NCBI GenBank assembly: GCA_011364925.1
Contig: RDOA01000003.1
Coordinates: forward strand, 1 to 64,000
Length of the DNA stretch: 64,000 nucleotides
Source of the DNA: Promethearchaeota archaeon
Lineage (GTDB): Archaea > Asgardarchaeota > Lokiarchaeia > Sigyniarchaeales > SOKP01
Direction of reading: 5' to 3'
Part shown: piece by piece, positions 8,599 through 18,048 of the stretch
Layout: each line of letters starts with the position of its first letter
How positions within the stretch are numbered: position 1 is the stretch's first letter
Program-made: the position numbers and the translations under genes
The notes under the pieces: generated by a model
Seen by the model: the letters and a program-made list of their open reading frames with translations, nothing else
What the model was told of the DNA's origin: nothing
The model's database searches: none

Positions 8599-9786
8599 AT
8601 GAGTTTTAAAATAAAAAGTAATGTATACTGGGTAGGAAAAACTGATTGGGAACTAAAAAAATTCCACGGGAATGAATATTCTACGCATCGTGGATCCACA
8701 TATAACTCTTACCTAATAAAGGAAGAAAAAAAAGTACTTATTGACACCGTCTGGATGCCGTTTGCAAAAGAATTTGTTGATAATCTTTCAAAGGAAATCA
8801 ACTTGGACGAAATTGATTATGTTATAGCTAACCACGCAGAGATTGACCATAGCGGAGCACTCCCAGAATTGATGAAAAGAATACCGGACACTCCAATTTA
8901 TTGTACTGCAAATGGTGTTAAGTCCTTAAAAGGTCATTATCATAAAGATTGGAACTTTCGACCGGTAAAGACTGGAGATACTTTAGACCTTGGAAATGAT
9001 AAGCAATTAATATTTGTAGAAATGAAAATGCTTCATTGGCCAGATAGTATGGCATGCTATATGACTAAGGATAATATTTTATTCAGTAACGACGCGTTTG
9101 GTCAACACTATGCTAATGAATATATGTACAATGACCTTGTAGATCAAAACGAACTCTTTACGGAATGTATTAAATATTACGCAAACATCCTTACTCCTTT
9201 CAGTTCTTTCGTTGATAAAAAAATAAAGGAAGTTTTGAGTCTTAATCTTCCTATTGATATTATTGCTACGAGTCACGGAGTTATATGGAGAGAGAATCCG
9301 ACACAAATTGTTGAAAAATACTTAGCTTGGGCGAATGATTATCAGACAAATCAAATTACAATATTGTATGATACAATGTGGAAGGGAACAAAGAGGATGG
9401 CGGAAGCAATTAGTAAGGGAATAGTGGAGACTGATAAAACTGTAAATGTGAAATTGTATAATATAGCAAATTCAGATAAAAACGATATAATCACAGAAAT
9501 CTTTAAATCCAAGACTATTTTAGTAGGCTCGCCTACAATTGGAGGAGGAATTATTTCAACAACTGCTGAAATTTTAGAGATGATTAAGGGTCTGCGTTTT
9601 AAGAATAAAAAGGCGGCTTCATTTGGATGTTACGGCTGGAGTGGAGAATCTGTAAAGGTGATAAGGGATCATTTAGAGAAGAGCGGTTTCACAATAATCA
9701 ATGATGGTATTCGTGCACTATGGAATCCCGATCAAGAAAGTATAGATAAATGCGTAGAATTCGGTAGAGAAATTGCTAAAAGTTAA
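8599..9786 (+). CDS. fprA: flavodiiron protein (FprA family, O2/NO reductase)
   Basis: HAEIDHSGA, HWPDSM, DAFGQH, SHG and a flavodoxin domain. The start is more likely ATG 8599, which follows GAGGT. Confidence 0.93.
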   Translation: MSFKIKSNVYWVGKTDWELKKFHGNEYSTHRGSTYNSYLIKEEKKVLIDTVWMPFAKEFVDNLSKEINLDEIDYVIANHAEIDHSGALPELMKRIPDTPIYCTANGVKSLKGHYHKDWNFRPVKTGDTLDLGNDKQLIFVEMKMLHWPDSMACYMTKDNILFSNDAFGQHYANEYMYNDLVDQNELFTECIKYYANILTPFSSFVDKKIKEVLSLNLPIDIIATSHGVIWRENPTQIVEKYLAWANDYQTNQITILYDTMWKGTKRMAEAISKGIVETDKTVNVKLYNIANSDKNDIITEIFKSKTILVGSPTIGGGIISTTAEILEMIKGLRFKNKKAASFGCYGWSGESVKVIRDHLEKSGFTIINDGIRALWNPDQESIDKCVEFGREIAKS

Positions 9787-9856
9787 CTTAATTCTTTTTA
9801 TTACTATTCTTTTATTTTTTAGAGTTTTATCAGGATTTTCCAATTCTTGAGAAAAT

Positions 9857-9994
9857 TTAGTTTAATTCTCTCCTAAATTCACCATGAGCTTTAATATCCT
9901 TACATACCTCTACCAAATGTTCAAAAAGAACTTCTCGAGTCCATTTAGGCAATTTAATATCGATTTTTTTGAGCTGTTCTGCTAATTTTCTCAT
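9857..9994 (-). CDS. possible 45-aa protein or gene remnant
   Basis: MRKLAEQLKKIDIKLPKWTREVLFEHLVEVCKDIKAHGEFRRELN* in an otherwise empty gap. Confidence 0.35.
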   Translation of the reverse strand: MRKLAEQLKKIDIKLPKWTREVLFEHLVEVCKDIKAHGEFRRELN

Positions 9995-10130
9995 AATAGA
10001 ATCATAAAATTATATACACTTTAAGAAAAAGAAGATCTTTAAAGAATTAATTCAAAATCAACTTGTGTGTATCAGTATCATGAAACAATGAATAGCGTGA
10101 ATAATTTTATATTTCATTTATTCTGATTAG

Positions 10131-10155
10131 TATGAAATATATGAAATGTATGAAA
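10131..10155 (+). promoter_or_regulatory. three TATGAAA direct repeats, 9-nt period, probable operator
   Basis: Copies at 10131, 10140 and 10149, just upstream of the AbrB-family gene. Confidence 0.55.
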
Positions 10156-10207
10156 AACTATTTATTTTGCTCAGCTTTTTGCCATTTAATTAGTTTATAA
10201 AGGGGAT

Positions 10208-10489
10208 ATTTTTACGTTTGGAAATTTAGAATTCTTCGGTAGTACGACAGTTGGTGAACGGGGTCAGGTTGTACTTCCGATCGAGTTACGCAAGAAGATG
10301 CAGCTTCAAGCTGGCGATAAGCTTATTGCGTTGGGAGCAATGGGCGATAACGTCGCTTTTTTACTCAAGGCAGATTTCTTAACTCAGATTCTTGGGAAAA
10401 TGGAAGAAGGTCAAAATGAATTGAGACAATTTTTAAAGGATTTTACTGATTCTGAGATAATTGAAGACACTAAAGTAGATTTCGAGTAA
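10208..10489 (+). CDS. AbrB/MazE/SpoVT-family transcriptional regulator; start codon non-canonical or uncertain
   Basis: FFGSTTVGERGQVVLPIELRKKMQLQAGDKL lies in frame upstream of ATG 10298. There is no ATG/GTG/TTG after the in-frame TAA at 10187. Confidence 0.85.
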   Translation: MFTFGNLEFFGSTTVGERGQVVLPIELRKKMQLQAGDKLIALGAMGDNVAFLLKADFLTQILGKMEEGQNELRQFLKDFTDSEIIEDTKVDFE

Positions 10490-10504
10490 ATATTTGGTGA
10501 TTTT

Positions 10505-12751
10505 ATGAAAAAAGTTAGAATGATTAAATACACAAAACCCTATCTCATCATGATTTTTATAGCTATAGGGTTGTTATATGCCCAAGCGAATTTCAACCTA
10601 ACGCTGCCTGACTATCTCTCGAAGATCGTGAATGTAGGCATTCAACAAGGAGGTGTGGAAGATGCTGTACCAGAAGCAATTCAGGAGATTGAAATGAACC
10701 GGACCTTATTGTTCCTTACCCCGGAAAACCAAACAGATGTGCTTAATGCTTATAAATTAGTAAATAATGGAACTACAGAAGCTAATCAGTATATTGACAA
10801 GTATCCAGTATTAATTAACCAATCTGTTTATGTATTAACCCACACAGACAGTGCAACAATCACACATTTAAATCCTATTATGGCTAGAGCCCTTTTAAAC
10901 GTGGCTTTCGTTGAATTGCTAATGGCAAATGATACTTTACTAAATAGTACAAATACTCTATTGGGACTTTCTCTCCCAGGGAACGGCACAGATTTGTTTG
11001 AGTATTTTGAAACGAATCCTATGGGACCTTATTCAAAAATGGTCATAATGGCTGTGGTTACCTCGCAATTAAACGCACTTGGAGATAAATTTATTATCCA
11101 AGCCGCAACTCAGGTTGTTAGGGCAGAGTACGAGGCGCTTGGAATGGATTTAAACCAGCTACAGTTAAACTATCTTCTATACTATGGAGGTCTTATGATT
11201 CTCTTAACGATACTTTCGATGGCATGTACGATTGCTGTGAGTTACTTATCCGCAAAGATTGCTACTGGAATAGCTCGCGATATGCGAAGAGATATATTCA
11301 AGAAGATTGAAAAATTTTCAAGCGCGGAATTTGATAGTTTTTCCACAGCATCTTTAATCACTCGATCAACGAACGACATCACACAGGTTCAAATGGCGGT
11401 AATGATGATTGTTCGTATGGTATTTTATGCTCCAATAATAGGGATCGGTGGGGTCATTCACGCTATTGAATTAGCTCCAACAATGTGGTGGATCATCGCA
11501 ATGGCAGTGGGCGTATTACTCGGTTTAATCCTCGTGGTTTTTTATATAGCCTTGCCTAAGTTTAAGAGTATCCAAAGATTGGTGGATCGTCTTAATCTTG
11601 TTGCTCGCGAAAGTTTAACGGGGATTATGGTGGTAAGAGCGTTTAATAAACAGCAATATGAAGAAGGTAGGTTCGATAAAGCTAATATCGATCTTACTAA
11701 GGTTTCACTGTTTATAAATCGAGTTATGGTAATCATGATGCCATTGATGATGATGCTGATGAATGTACTAACAATTGTAATTATATGGGTTGGATCTCAC
11801 GAGATCGCGAATGCAAATCTACAAGTTGGAGATATGATAGCTTTTATGCAATACGCCATCCAAGTTGCGTTTGCTTTCCTAATGTTGTCGCTAATGTTCA
11901 TTATTTTGCCTCGTGCTTCTGTATCTATTAGCCGTATAGCTGAAGTACTAAAAACTGACATAGTTATTCAAGATGCCGAAAATCCAAAGCTTTTCACCGA
12001 ACCGTTTAAAGGAACAATCGAATTCCGAAATGTCTCTTTTCGTTATGCTGGAGCACCTGAGGATGCGTTGCACAACATTTCATTTACTGCTCACTCAGGA
12101 GAAGTAACAGCTTTTATTGGACCTACAGGCTCTGGAAAGTCTACGCTCATAAATTTAGTTCCTCGTTTTTATGATGTTACCTCAGGGGCGATTTTGATCG
12201 ATGGTATTGATGTACGTGAAGTGAGTCAACATGACTTACGCGATAAGATTGGTTTCGTTCCCCAGAAAGATGTGCTATTTTCTGGCACCGTTGAGAGTAA
12301 CCTACTTTTTGCAGATGAAAATGCAAGTGAGGAAGAGCTCAAATATGCAATACAAACTGCCCAAATAACTGATTTTGTTGACGCTAAATCCGAAGGAATA
12401 GCTACTGAGATTGCTCAAGGCGGAACGAATGTGTCTGGAGGTCAAAAGCAGCGATTTGCAATCGCCCGAGCATTAGTCAAGAAAGCTCCAATAAATATTT
12501 TAGACGATAGCTTTTCCAATTTAGATTTTAAAACCGATGTTGCTTTACGCAAGGCCCTCCGAAAGTCTATATCAGCAAGCACAGTGCTTATTGTAACGCA
12601 GAGAGTTTCCACCATCAAAAATGCAGACCAAATCATTGTTATTAATGAGGGAAGAATTGTAGGGAAGGGGACGCATGTCGAACTTATGGAGACTTGTCCA
12701 ATATACAAAGATATAGCGATTTCACAACTTAAATTGGAGGAATTATTATGA
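10505..12751 (+). CDS. heterodimeric ABC exporter subunit with the degenerate nucleotide site and a large extracellular insert
   Basis: TMD plus GPTGSGKS, VSGGQ, Walker B LDDS and Q at the H-switch (TQR). Confidence 0.92.
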   Translation: MKKVRMIKYTKPYLIMIFIAIGLLYAQANFNLTLPDYLSKIVNVGIQQGGVEDAVPEAIQEIEMNRTLLFLTPENQTDVLNAYKLVNNGTTEANQYIDKYPVLINQSVYVLTHTDSATITHLNPIMARALLNVAFVELLMANDTLLNSTNTLLGLSLPGNGTDLFEYFETNPMGPYSKMVIMAVVTSQLNALGDKFIIQAATQVVRAEYEALGMDLNQLQLNYLLYYGGLMILLTILSMACTIAVSYLSAKIATGIARDMRRDIFKKIEKFSSAEFDSFSTASLITRSTNDITQVQMAVMMIVRMVFYAPIIGIGGVIHAIELAPTMWWIIAMAVGVLLGLILVVFYIALPKFKSIQRLVDRLNLVARESLTGIMVVRAFNKQQYEEGRFDKANIDLTKVSLFINRVMVIMMPLMMMLMNVLTIVIIWVGSHEIANANLQVGDMIAFMQYAIQVAFAFLMLSLMFIILPRASVSISRIAEVLKTDIVIQDAENPKLFTEPFKGTIEFRNVSFRYAGAPEDALHNISFTAHSGEVTAFIGPTGSGKSTLINLVPRFYDVTSGAILIDGIDVREVSQHDLRDKIGFVPQKDVLFSGTVESNLLFADENASEEELKYAIQTAQITDFVDAKSEGIATEIAQGGTNVSGGQKQRFAIARALVKKAPINILDDSFSNLDFKTDVALRKALRKSISASTVLIVTQRVSTIKNADQIIVINEGRIVGKGTHVELMETCPIYKDIAISQLKLEELL

Positions 12752-14607
12752 TGCAACGAGGTGGAGGTCCAATGAGGGGCCGTGGCCCGATGGGTGCTGC
12801 AATGAGTACTCGTGAGAAAGCAACCGACTTTCGAGGGACAATGGGTAAATTATTTCGTTATATGGGCAGATACAAGGGATTAGTAATACTAGTCTTCATA
12901 TTTGCTGCCGCATCAACAACAGCGAACATAATTGGTCCAAAAATACTCGGAAATGCAACGACAAGCCTTTTTGAAGGCGTAATTGCTAAAATTAGCGGCA
13001 CAGGAGAGATCGATTTCGTGTATATTGGGGGAATCTTATTGGAAGTACTAATAATATATGCTGTATCAGCGGTTTTTGGTTTTATCCAAGGCTGGATTAT
13101 GGCAAATATTTCAACGAATATCGCCTATCGCTTCCGTCGAGACATTGCTGAAAAGATAAATCGCCTACCACTTAAATATTTTGATAAAACTACTTACGGC
13201 GAAGTTCTTTCTCGTATTACAAACGATGTGGACACTATCAACCAATCATTAAGTCAAAGTCTTACACAGATCATCACATCAGTGGTGACCGTTGTTGGTG
13301 TTTTGATTATGATGTTTACTATAAGTTGGGTAATGACCTTGGTTGCGCTCGCAATGCTTCCGTTGTCGCTAATTTTTATGGGCGTAATTATTGGACGGTC
13401 CCAGAAGTACTTTAAACAACAACAGGATAACTTAGGGCACGTAAATGGTCACGTAGAAGAAATGTATGGTGGCCATGTTGTAATCAAAGCCTTTAGCGGT
13501 GAAGAGAAGAGTGTTAGGAAATTCAACCAGTTAAACGATAGTTGGTATACAGGATCTTGGAAAGCTAATTTTTTCTCAGGTTTGATGATACCAATAATGT
13601 TCTTCATAAGCAACTTGGGATATGTCGGTGTCGCAATTCTAGGTTCGTGGTTAGCAATCCAGAATACCATTACAGTGGGAGATATTCAAGCATTTATTCA
13701 ATATATTCGGTCGTTTACTCAACCCCTTAGCCAAATTGCTAATATTTCAAACGTTCTACAGCAAACTGCTGCTGCTGCTGAACGTGTATTTAACTTTCTC
13801 GAAGAGGAAGAAGAAACGCCCGATGTATCCGAGCCAGTAAGGTTAGACCAGATTAAAGGATTAGTGGAATTTCAAAATGTACAGTTTGGATATAATCCCG
13901 ACAAAATTATTATTAAAAATTTCTCTGCAGTAGCTCACCCAGGTCAAAAAGTCGCAATTGTTGGTCCTACAGGGGCAGGCAAAACCACTCTCGTTAAACT
14001 GTTAATGCGTTTCTACGAATTAAAAAGTGGTGCAATTTTAGTTGACGGGCATGATACTCGAAAATTTACCCGTGAAAGTTTACGTAGTATGTTTGGAATG
14101 GTGCTTCAAGATACGTGGCTATATAACGCTTCCATCATGGAGAACATCCGCTATGGTAATCAAAATGCTACTGACGATGAAGTTCTCACTGCAGCTCGTA
14201 TTGCTCATGTTGACCCTTTTGTCAAAACTTTACCAGAGGGATACAATATGGTGATAAATGAAGAAGTAACCAATGTCTCCCAAGGTCAAATGCAATTATT
14301 AACCATCGCTCGTGCTATTCTTGCGAATCCTCCTATCCTCATACTTGATGAAGCCACTAGTTCTGTAGACACTCACACGGAGATTTTGATCCAGGAAGCC
14401 ATGGATGCATTAATGAAAAATAGGACCAGTTTTGTCATTGCCCACCGCTTATCAACTATTCGTAACGCAGATTTGATCCTTGTAGTTCGAGACGGTGATA
14501 TTGTAGAGCAAGGCACGCATAATGAATTACTAGCAAGGGGTGATTATTATGCTGAATTATACAATAGCCAATTTCAAGAGAAAATGAATAATAACGAGAG
14601 CATTTAG
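12748..14607 (+). CDS. heterodimeric ABC exporter subunit with the consensus site
   Basis: TMD plus GPTGAGKT, VSQGQ, LDEATS and AHRLST. Confidence 0.92.
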   Translation: MMQRGGGPMRGRGPMGAAMSTREKATDFRGTMGKLFRYMGRYKGLVILVFIFAAASTTANIIGPKILGNATTSLFEGVIAKISGTGEIDFVYIGGILLEVLIIYAVSAVFGFIQGWIMANISTNIAYRFRRDIAEKINRLPLKYFDKTTYGEVLSRITNDVDTINQSLSQSLTQIITSVVTVVGVLIMMFTISWVMTLVALAMLPLSLIFMGVIIGRSQKYFKQQQDNLGHVNGHVEEMYGGHVVIKAFSGEEKSVRKFNQLNDSWYTGSWKANFFSGLMIPIMFFISNLGYVGVAILGSWLAIQNTITVGDIQAFIQYIRSFTQPLSQIANISNVLQQTAAAAERVFNFLEEEEETPDVSEPVRLDQIKGLVEFQNVQFGYNPDKIIIKNFSAVAHPGQKVAIVGPTGAGKTTLVKLLMRFYELKSGAILVDGHDTRKFTRESLRSMFGMVLQDTWLYNASIMENIRYGNQNATDDEVLTAARIAHVDPFVKTLPEGYNMVINEEVTNVSQGQMQLLTIARAILANPPILILDEATSSVDTHTEILIQEAMDALMKNRTSFVIAHRLSTIRNADLILVVRDGDIVEQGTHNELLARGDYYAELYNSQFQEKMNNNESI

Positions 14608-14634
14608 ATAAAAAGATGCTAGAGATTAGTTCTT

Positions 14635-15030
14635 TTACGATTTTTCGCTCGATTTCAACTCTTTTTCTAAGACTTTTATTTGGCTATCAATTTCCTTCGT
14701 CTTAGTTTTCTTTTCTTTTTCAATTGCCTTCATTTCATAGCTTAAGAATTTCTGTTTTTCTTTTTCTAAATTATTGTAATCGGATTCCAATTTCTTAATG
14801 ATAGAAAGGAGTTCTTTCTTTTTTGCCGTTAATTCGTTAATCTTCTGAAGGATATCATTTAAGATGTTCTGATGATGAAGCAATTTTTCTCCCAATTCCT
14901 TAATTTGAGGATCGTAATCTTCATTACATTTATTTGTAATATAATTTTCTTTCTGTTTGGCGACATCTTCAACTTTCTGGATTTTCACTGCTATCTTAGT
15001 GATCTGATCCCTTATTTCTTCGTCTGACAT
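14635..15030 (-). CDS. coiled-coil protein
   Basis: K/E-rich heptad pattern throughout. Confidence 0.7.
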   Translation of the reverse strand: MSDEEIRDQITKIAVKIQKVEDVAKQKENYITNKCNEDYDPQIKELGEKLLHHQNILNDILQKINELTAKKKELLSIIKKLESDYNNLEKEKQKFLSYEMKAIEKEKKTKTKEIDSQIKVLEKELKSSEKS

Positions 15031-15156
15031 TTTAAATTTCCGTGGTTTTATTAATTTCTTGCTTTTAAGCTAATTCGATAATAATAAAGAATCTTTAATT
15101 CATTTTGCTTAATAAGAATACCGCGTGATTTCTATATAAACTTTGATTCTTTTTTG

Positions 15157-15540
15157 TTAAACAAAACCTTGTTCGACATAGAGGGAAAGTTCTTTTAAAA
15201 ATTCTTCTGGGGTAATTCCGTAAGTTAAAACTTTATGCCACAATTTAATATTCTGCGAGTGGAAATTAGCCTTGCCTTCGTCTAAATCTATCGCGAATTC
15301 GACGATTACGTCTTTGATAGAGAACTTAGATTTATCGCGGGCTCCAAAATATTCCCCAAACGCAAAAAACATGTTAATAATCATATCTATATCCTCGTTT
15401 GAGAAACGCCGCTTACATAAGTCGCAAACAATGCCGAGTTTTAAGCTGGATTGATACGCTTTATTACGTTCTTTTATGTCGGCGTGGCAAATCGAGCATT
15501 TTAACTTGTTTGAGACTTTAGACTTTGGCGTGTTGATCAT
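15157..15540 (-). CDS. C4 zinc-finger hypothetical protein
   Basis: CSIC...CDLC. Confidence 0.7.
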   Translation of the reverse strand: MINTPKSKVSNKLKCSICHADIKERNKAYQSSLKLGIVCDLCKRRFSNEDIDMIINMFFAFGEYFGARDKSKFSIKDVIVEFAIDLDEGKANFHSQNIKLWHKVLTYGITPEEFLKELSLYVEQGFV

Positions 15541-15562
15541 ATACTATAGTTATAACTGATGT

Positions 15563-15575
15563 ATTTAAAGGAAAA
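15563..15575 (-). promoter_or_regulatory. TTTTCC+TATA promoter motif
   Basis: Reverse complement TTTTCCTTTAAAT; TATA starts 29 nt before ATG 15540. Confidence 0.6.
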
Positions 15576-15643
15576 GAAAAAATGGCTAAAGAAATTTATC
15601 CTTTATATATAGATCAATTCAAATCTCACTACATCTCAAAATG

Positions 15644-16359
15644 TTAGCCTCGTGATAATCCGCACTCCTTAATTTCATACTTGAACTTTCTTGATATTAA
15701 GTAATCGCCGCTTATTATCTCCATCTCTTTAAACTTTGAATTAAAGCGTGATGACAGAGATACGTTAATGGCTTGAATTCTCGAATATAATTTGTTAAAA
15801 AAAGGTTGATTTCTGCCCAAATTTGGATCAAACGATACCTCGTGGATTAATATCAAAATTATCTTTTCTCTCAGACACCGCATAATAAGAGGAAATAACT
15901 GCGAATTAAAGAATCTATCAAGAAGGATATTTCTTCTCCGAATATCTGAATACATAGAAGCTGCGAAGCGTAAATGGTGGGATATGTTATCGATTACAAT
16001 AAACTTTGCATTAGACGGTAATAAACTGGTTCCAATGTTGCTTAAAAAAAGTGTTTGTTCATTGAAGTTAGAAAACGGCTTTTTTGCAGGACACACAAAT
16101 ACATTTCTCAGTAAATAATTAATTTTACCAGGGAAATTCTTGAAAAGTACTATCAAACGCTTCTTGGAAAACGGTTCGCTAGCTTGTATCCAAACACAAC
16201 TATTTTTATAAGGTGTGCCCCTCGTTAATATTGTACTTATTATTTGAAGCGCAAGGGTGGTCTTTCCCGTTCCTGACTCACCAGAAATAGATATGATACT
16301 TTGGTTCTTCTGTGAGAGATTGTATATGTATGAAAAACAGTATTGCCTAGCTCAATCAT
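15644..16359 (-). CDS. RadB-like RecA-family paralog; N-terminus out of frame (T5 run) or non-canonical start
   Basis: Walker A SGESGTGKTT lies upstream of the track's TTG start; Walker B FIVIDNIS. ATG 16359 joins the frame only if the T5 run at 16333-16337 were T6. Confidence 0.75.
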
Positions 16360-16362
16360 AAT

Positions 16363-16707
16363 CTAATCGTTGCTCAGCAAATCTAAAACTTCTCGTTGAG
16401 TTTTCTCGATTTCATCTCGCCTCTTCCTCGATTCTTCAGATATTTGCTTTGATGCCGTATTATTCTGAGGATTGCTCGAAACGAGCTGTTGGAGCATCAT
16501 TAATGTCAGTAAATCGTCAAAATTTCTATCTTGAGCCGATTGTTGACCACTAAAAAATGATCCCACCACTCCTTTTCCGCTTTTTTTAGCCTTGTAATAA
16601 AGATATATAGCCAGTCCTGTACCCACGATAATGACCGTGTACACCGGCTCTTTCTGGAAGAAAATCAACATCACGATTGCTACTGCGATTAAACAATACC
16701 CTTTCAC
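16363..16707 (-). CDS. 2-TM membrane protein with a cytoplasmic helical tail
   Basis: Abuts the protease gene and lies 3 nt upstream of the RadB-like ATG. Confidence 0.7.
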   Translation of the reverse strand: MKGYCLIAVAIVMLIFFQKEPVYTVIIVGTGLAIYLYYKAKKSGKGVVGSFFSGQQSAQDRNFDDLLTLMMLQQLVSSNPQNNTASKQISEESRKRRDEIEKTQREVLDLLSND

Positions 16708-17475
16708 TTACCATTGCGCCTCCTTTTCGATTTGTTTGTTAAACTCTTTAAACCTCCGTTTCCGAGTCAAGAACTTTGGACTTGACACATCATTTTTGCC
16801 AAATTTACCTCTTATCATGCTGAATGCTTTTCCCATAGTCCAAAATACGAATTTAAAAATATAATAAAATAGAATCATAATCATAAAGTATTCGATGTAA
16901 TACAACACCTCAAATGGAAGGGATACAAAATAGAGATCAATGAATGCCCACACTAACACTCCCGAGAGTAAAACTAAGAAAATTTGATAAAGAGAATATC
17001 TTGGATTTTTGTTAAAAGTAATCCCAACTAATCTAACATCTTGTCTAGATGGCGCTGAACCTATAAGTAGTGAAAAACAGAATACAACGGTGACTATGTT
17101 TACCCAGATCTCTGTATCTATATGAAAAATCACATCAAGACCAAACATGAATAGAAATGTCGATATGAATAAGGGGGCAAAACTTATCATGAAAGTTTGC
17201 ATAAAAGAATTGCGCTCGAACTCGGGATTACCAACTGAACCATGAGGAGCAACTCTACGACTACCCGTCCTATGATAAGCAATGCTAATCTTTCCCATTT
17301 TAGTACCAAAGAGAACACCAAGAGTATAGTGTGATAATTCGTGAACCACCACTCCTATAAACATGAGAACATCAAACATTGTCTTAAAACCTGGCGTGTG
17401 TGCGCGCCTATAAAGTGCTCGAGTTCCCATTGAAACTAATAACATAACGAAGATCCAAAGATAAAATTCAATCAT
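16708..17475 (-). CDS. membrane zinc metalloprotease (M50/site-2-protease-like)
   Basis: GVVVHELSH in a TM segment, SFAPL, APSRQD; multiple TMs. Confidence 0.75.
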   Translation of the reverse strand: MIEFYLWIFVMLLVSMGTRALYRRAHTPGFKTMFDVLMFIGVVVHELSHYTLGVLFGTKMGKISIAYHRTGSRRVAPHGSVGNPEFERNSFMQTFMISFAPLFISTFLFMFGLDVIFHIDTEIWVNIVTVVFCFSLLIGSAPSRQDVRLVGITFNKNPRYSLYQIFLVLLSGVLVWAFIDLYFVSLPFEVLYYIEYFMIMILFYYIFKFVFWTMGKAFSMIRGKFGKNDVSSPKFLTRKRRFKEFNKQIEKEAQW

Positions 17476-18048
17476 ATGATAAAATCATTGTCAGATGAAG
17501 ATTTATAAACAAAAAATTTCAAGGGCTTTTTATAATCGATTTTTCACAATTTTATGGTAAACTTTAATAATTACCTAAGATGTATTTTCAACGGGAGACT
17601 TAAGGAAAGTCGAAGGATTGGAGCTTAATTCCTAATATCATTTAAAAGGTCTAAGGGATTATATAGAGTTTTGATTTATCTTTAGTAATATCAAAATATC
17701 TTCTCATCATTAATTTTAATCAGCTTTTGGAAATTTATTCCATTACAATCCCTTCTAAACTCTCAATTTATACTACAGTAATATAGAGCGTGAAATCAAT
17801 ATTGCATTCGATCTAATTAGATTCGAAAAAACATTCAATATTGCATGGATCTTAGAAAAAATAACTTTTTATCTTTTAGGTATTAAACTTTATCCCCACA
17901 AGTGAGGGATCTCTTTGAAGAATTTATTGTAATTTTCCTAAATTTTAGAGCATAGAATTTTTATTAGCTTTTAAAGCAACTTCTCATCGTTCCCAAAAAA
18001 TTTTTAAATAACACTCCCGATCTTCATCCTTTGAAAAAAAAAAATAAA

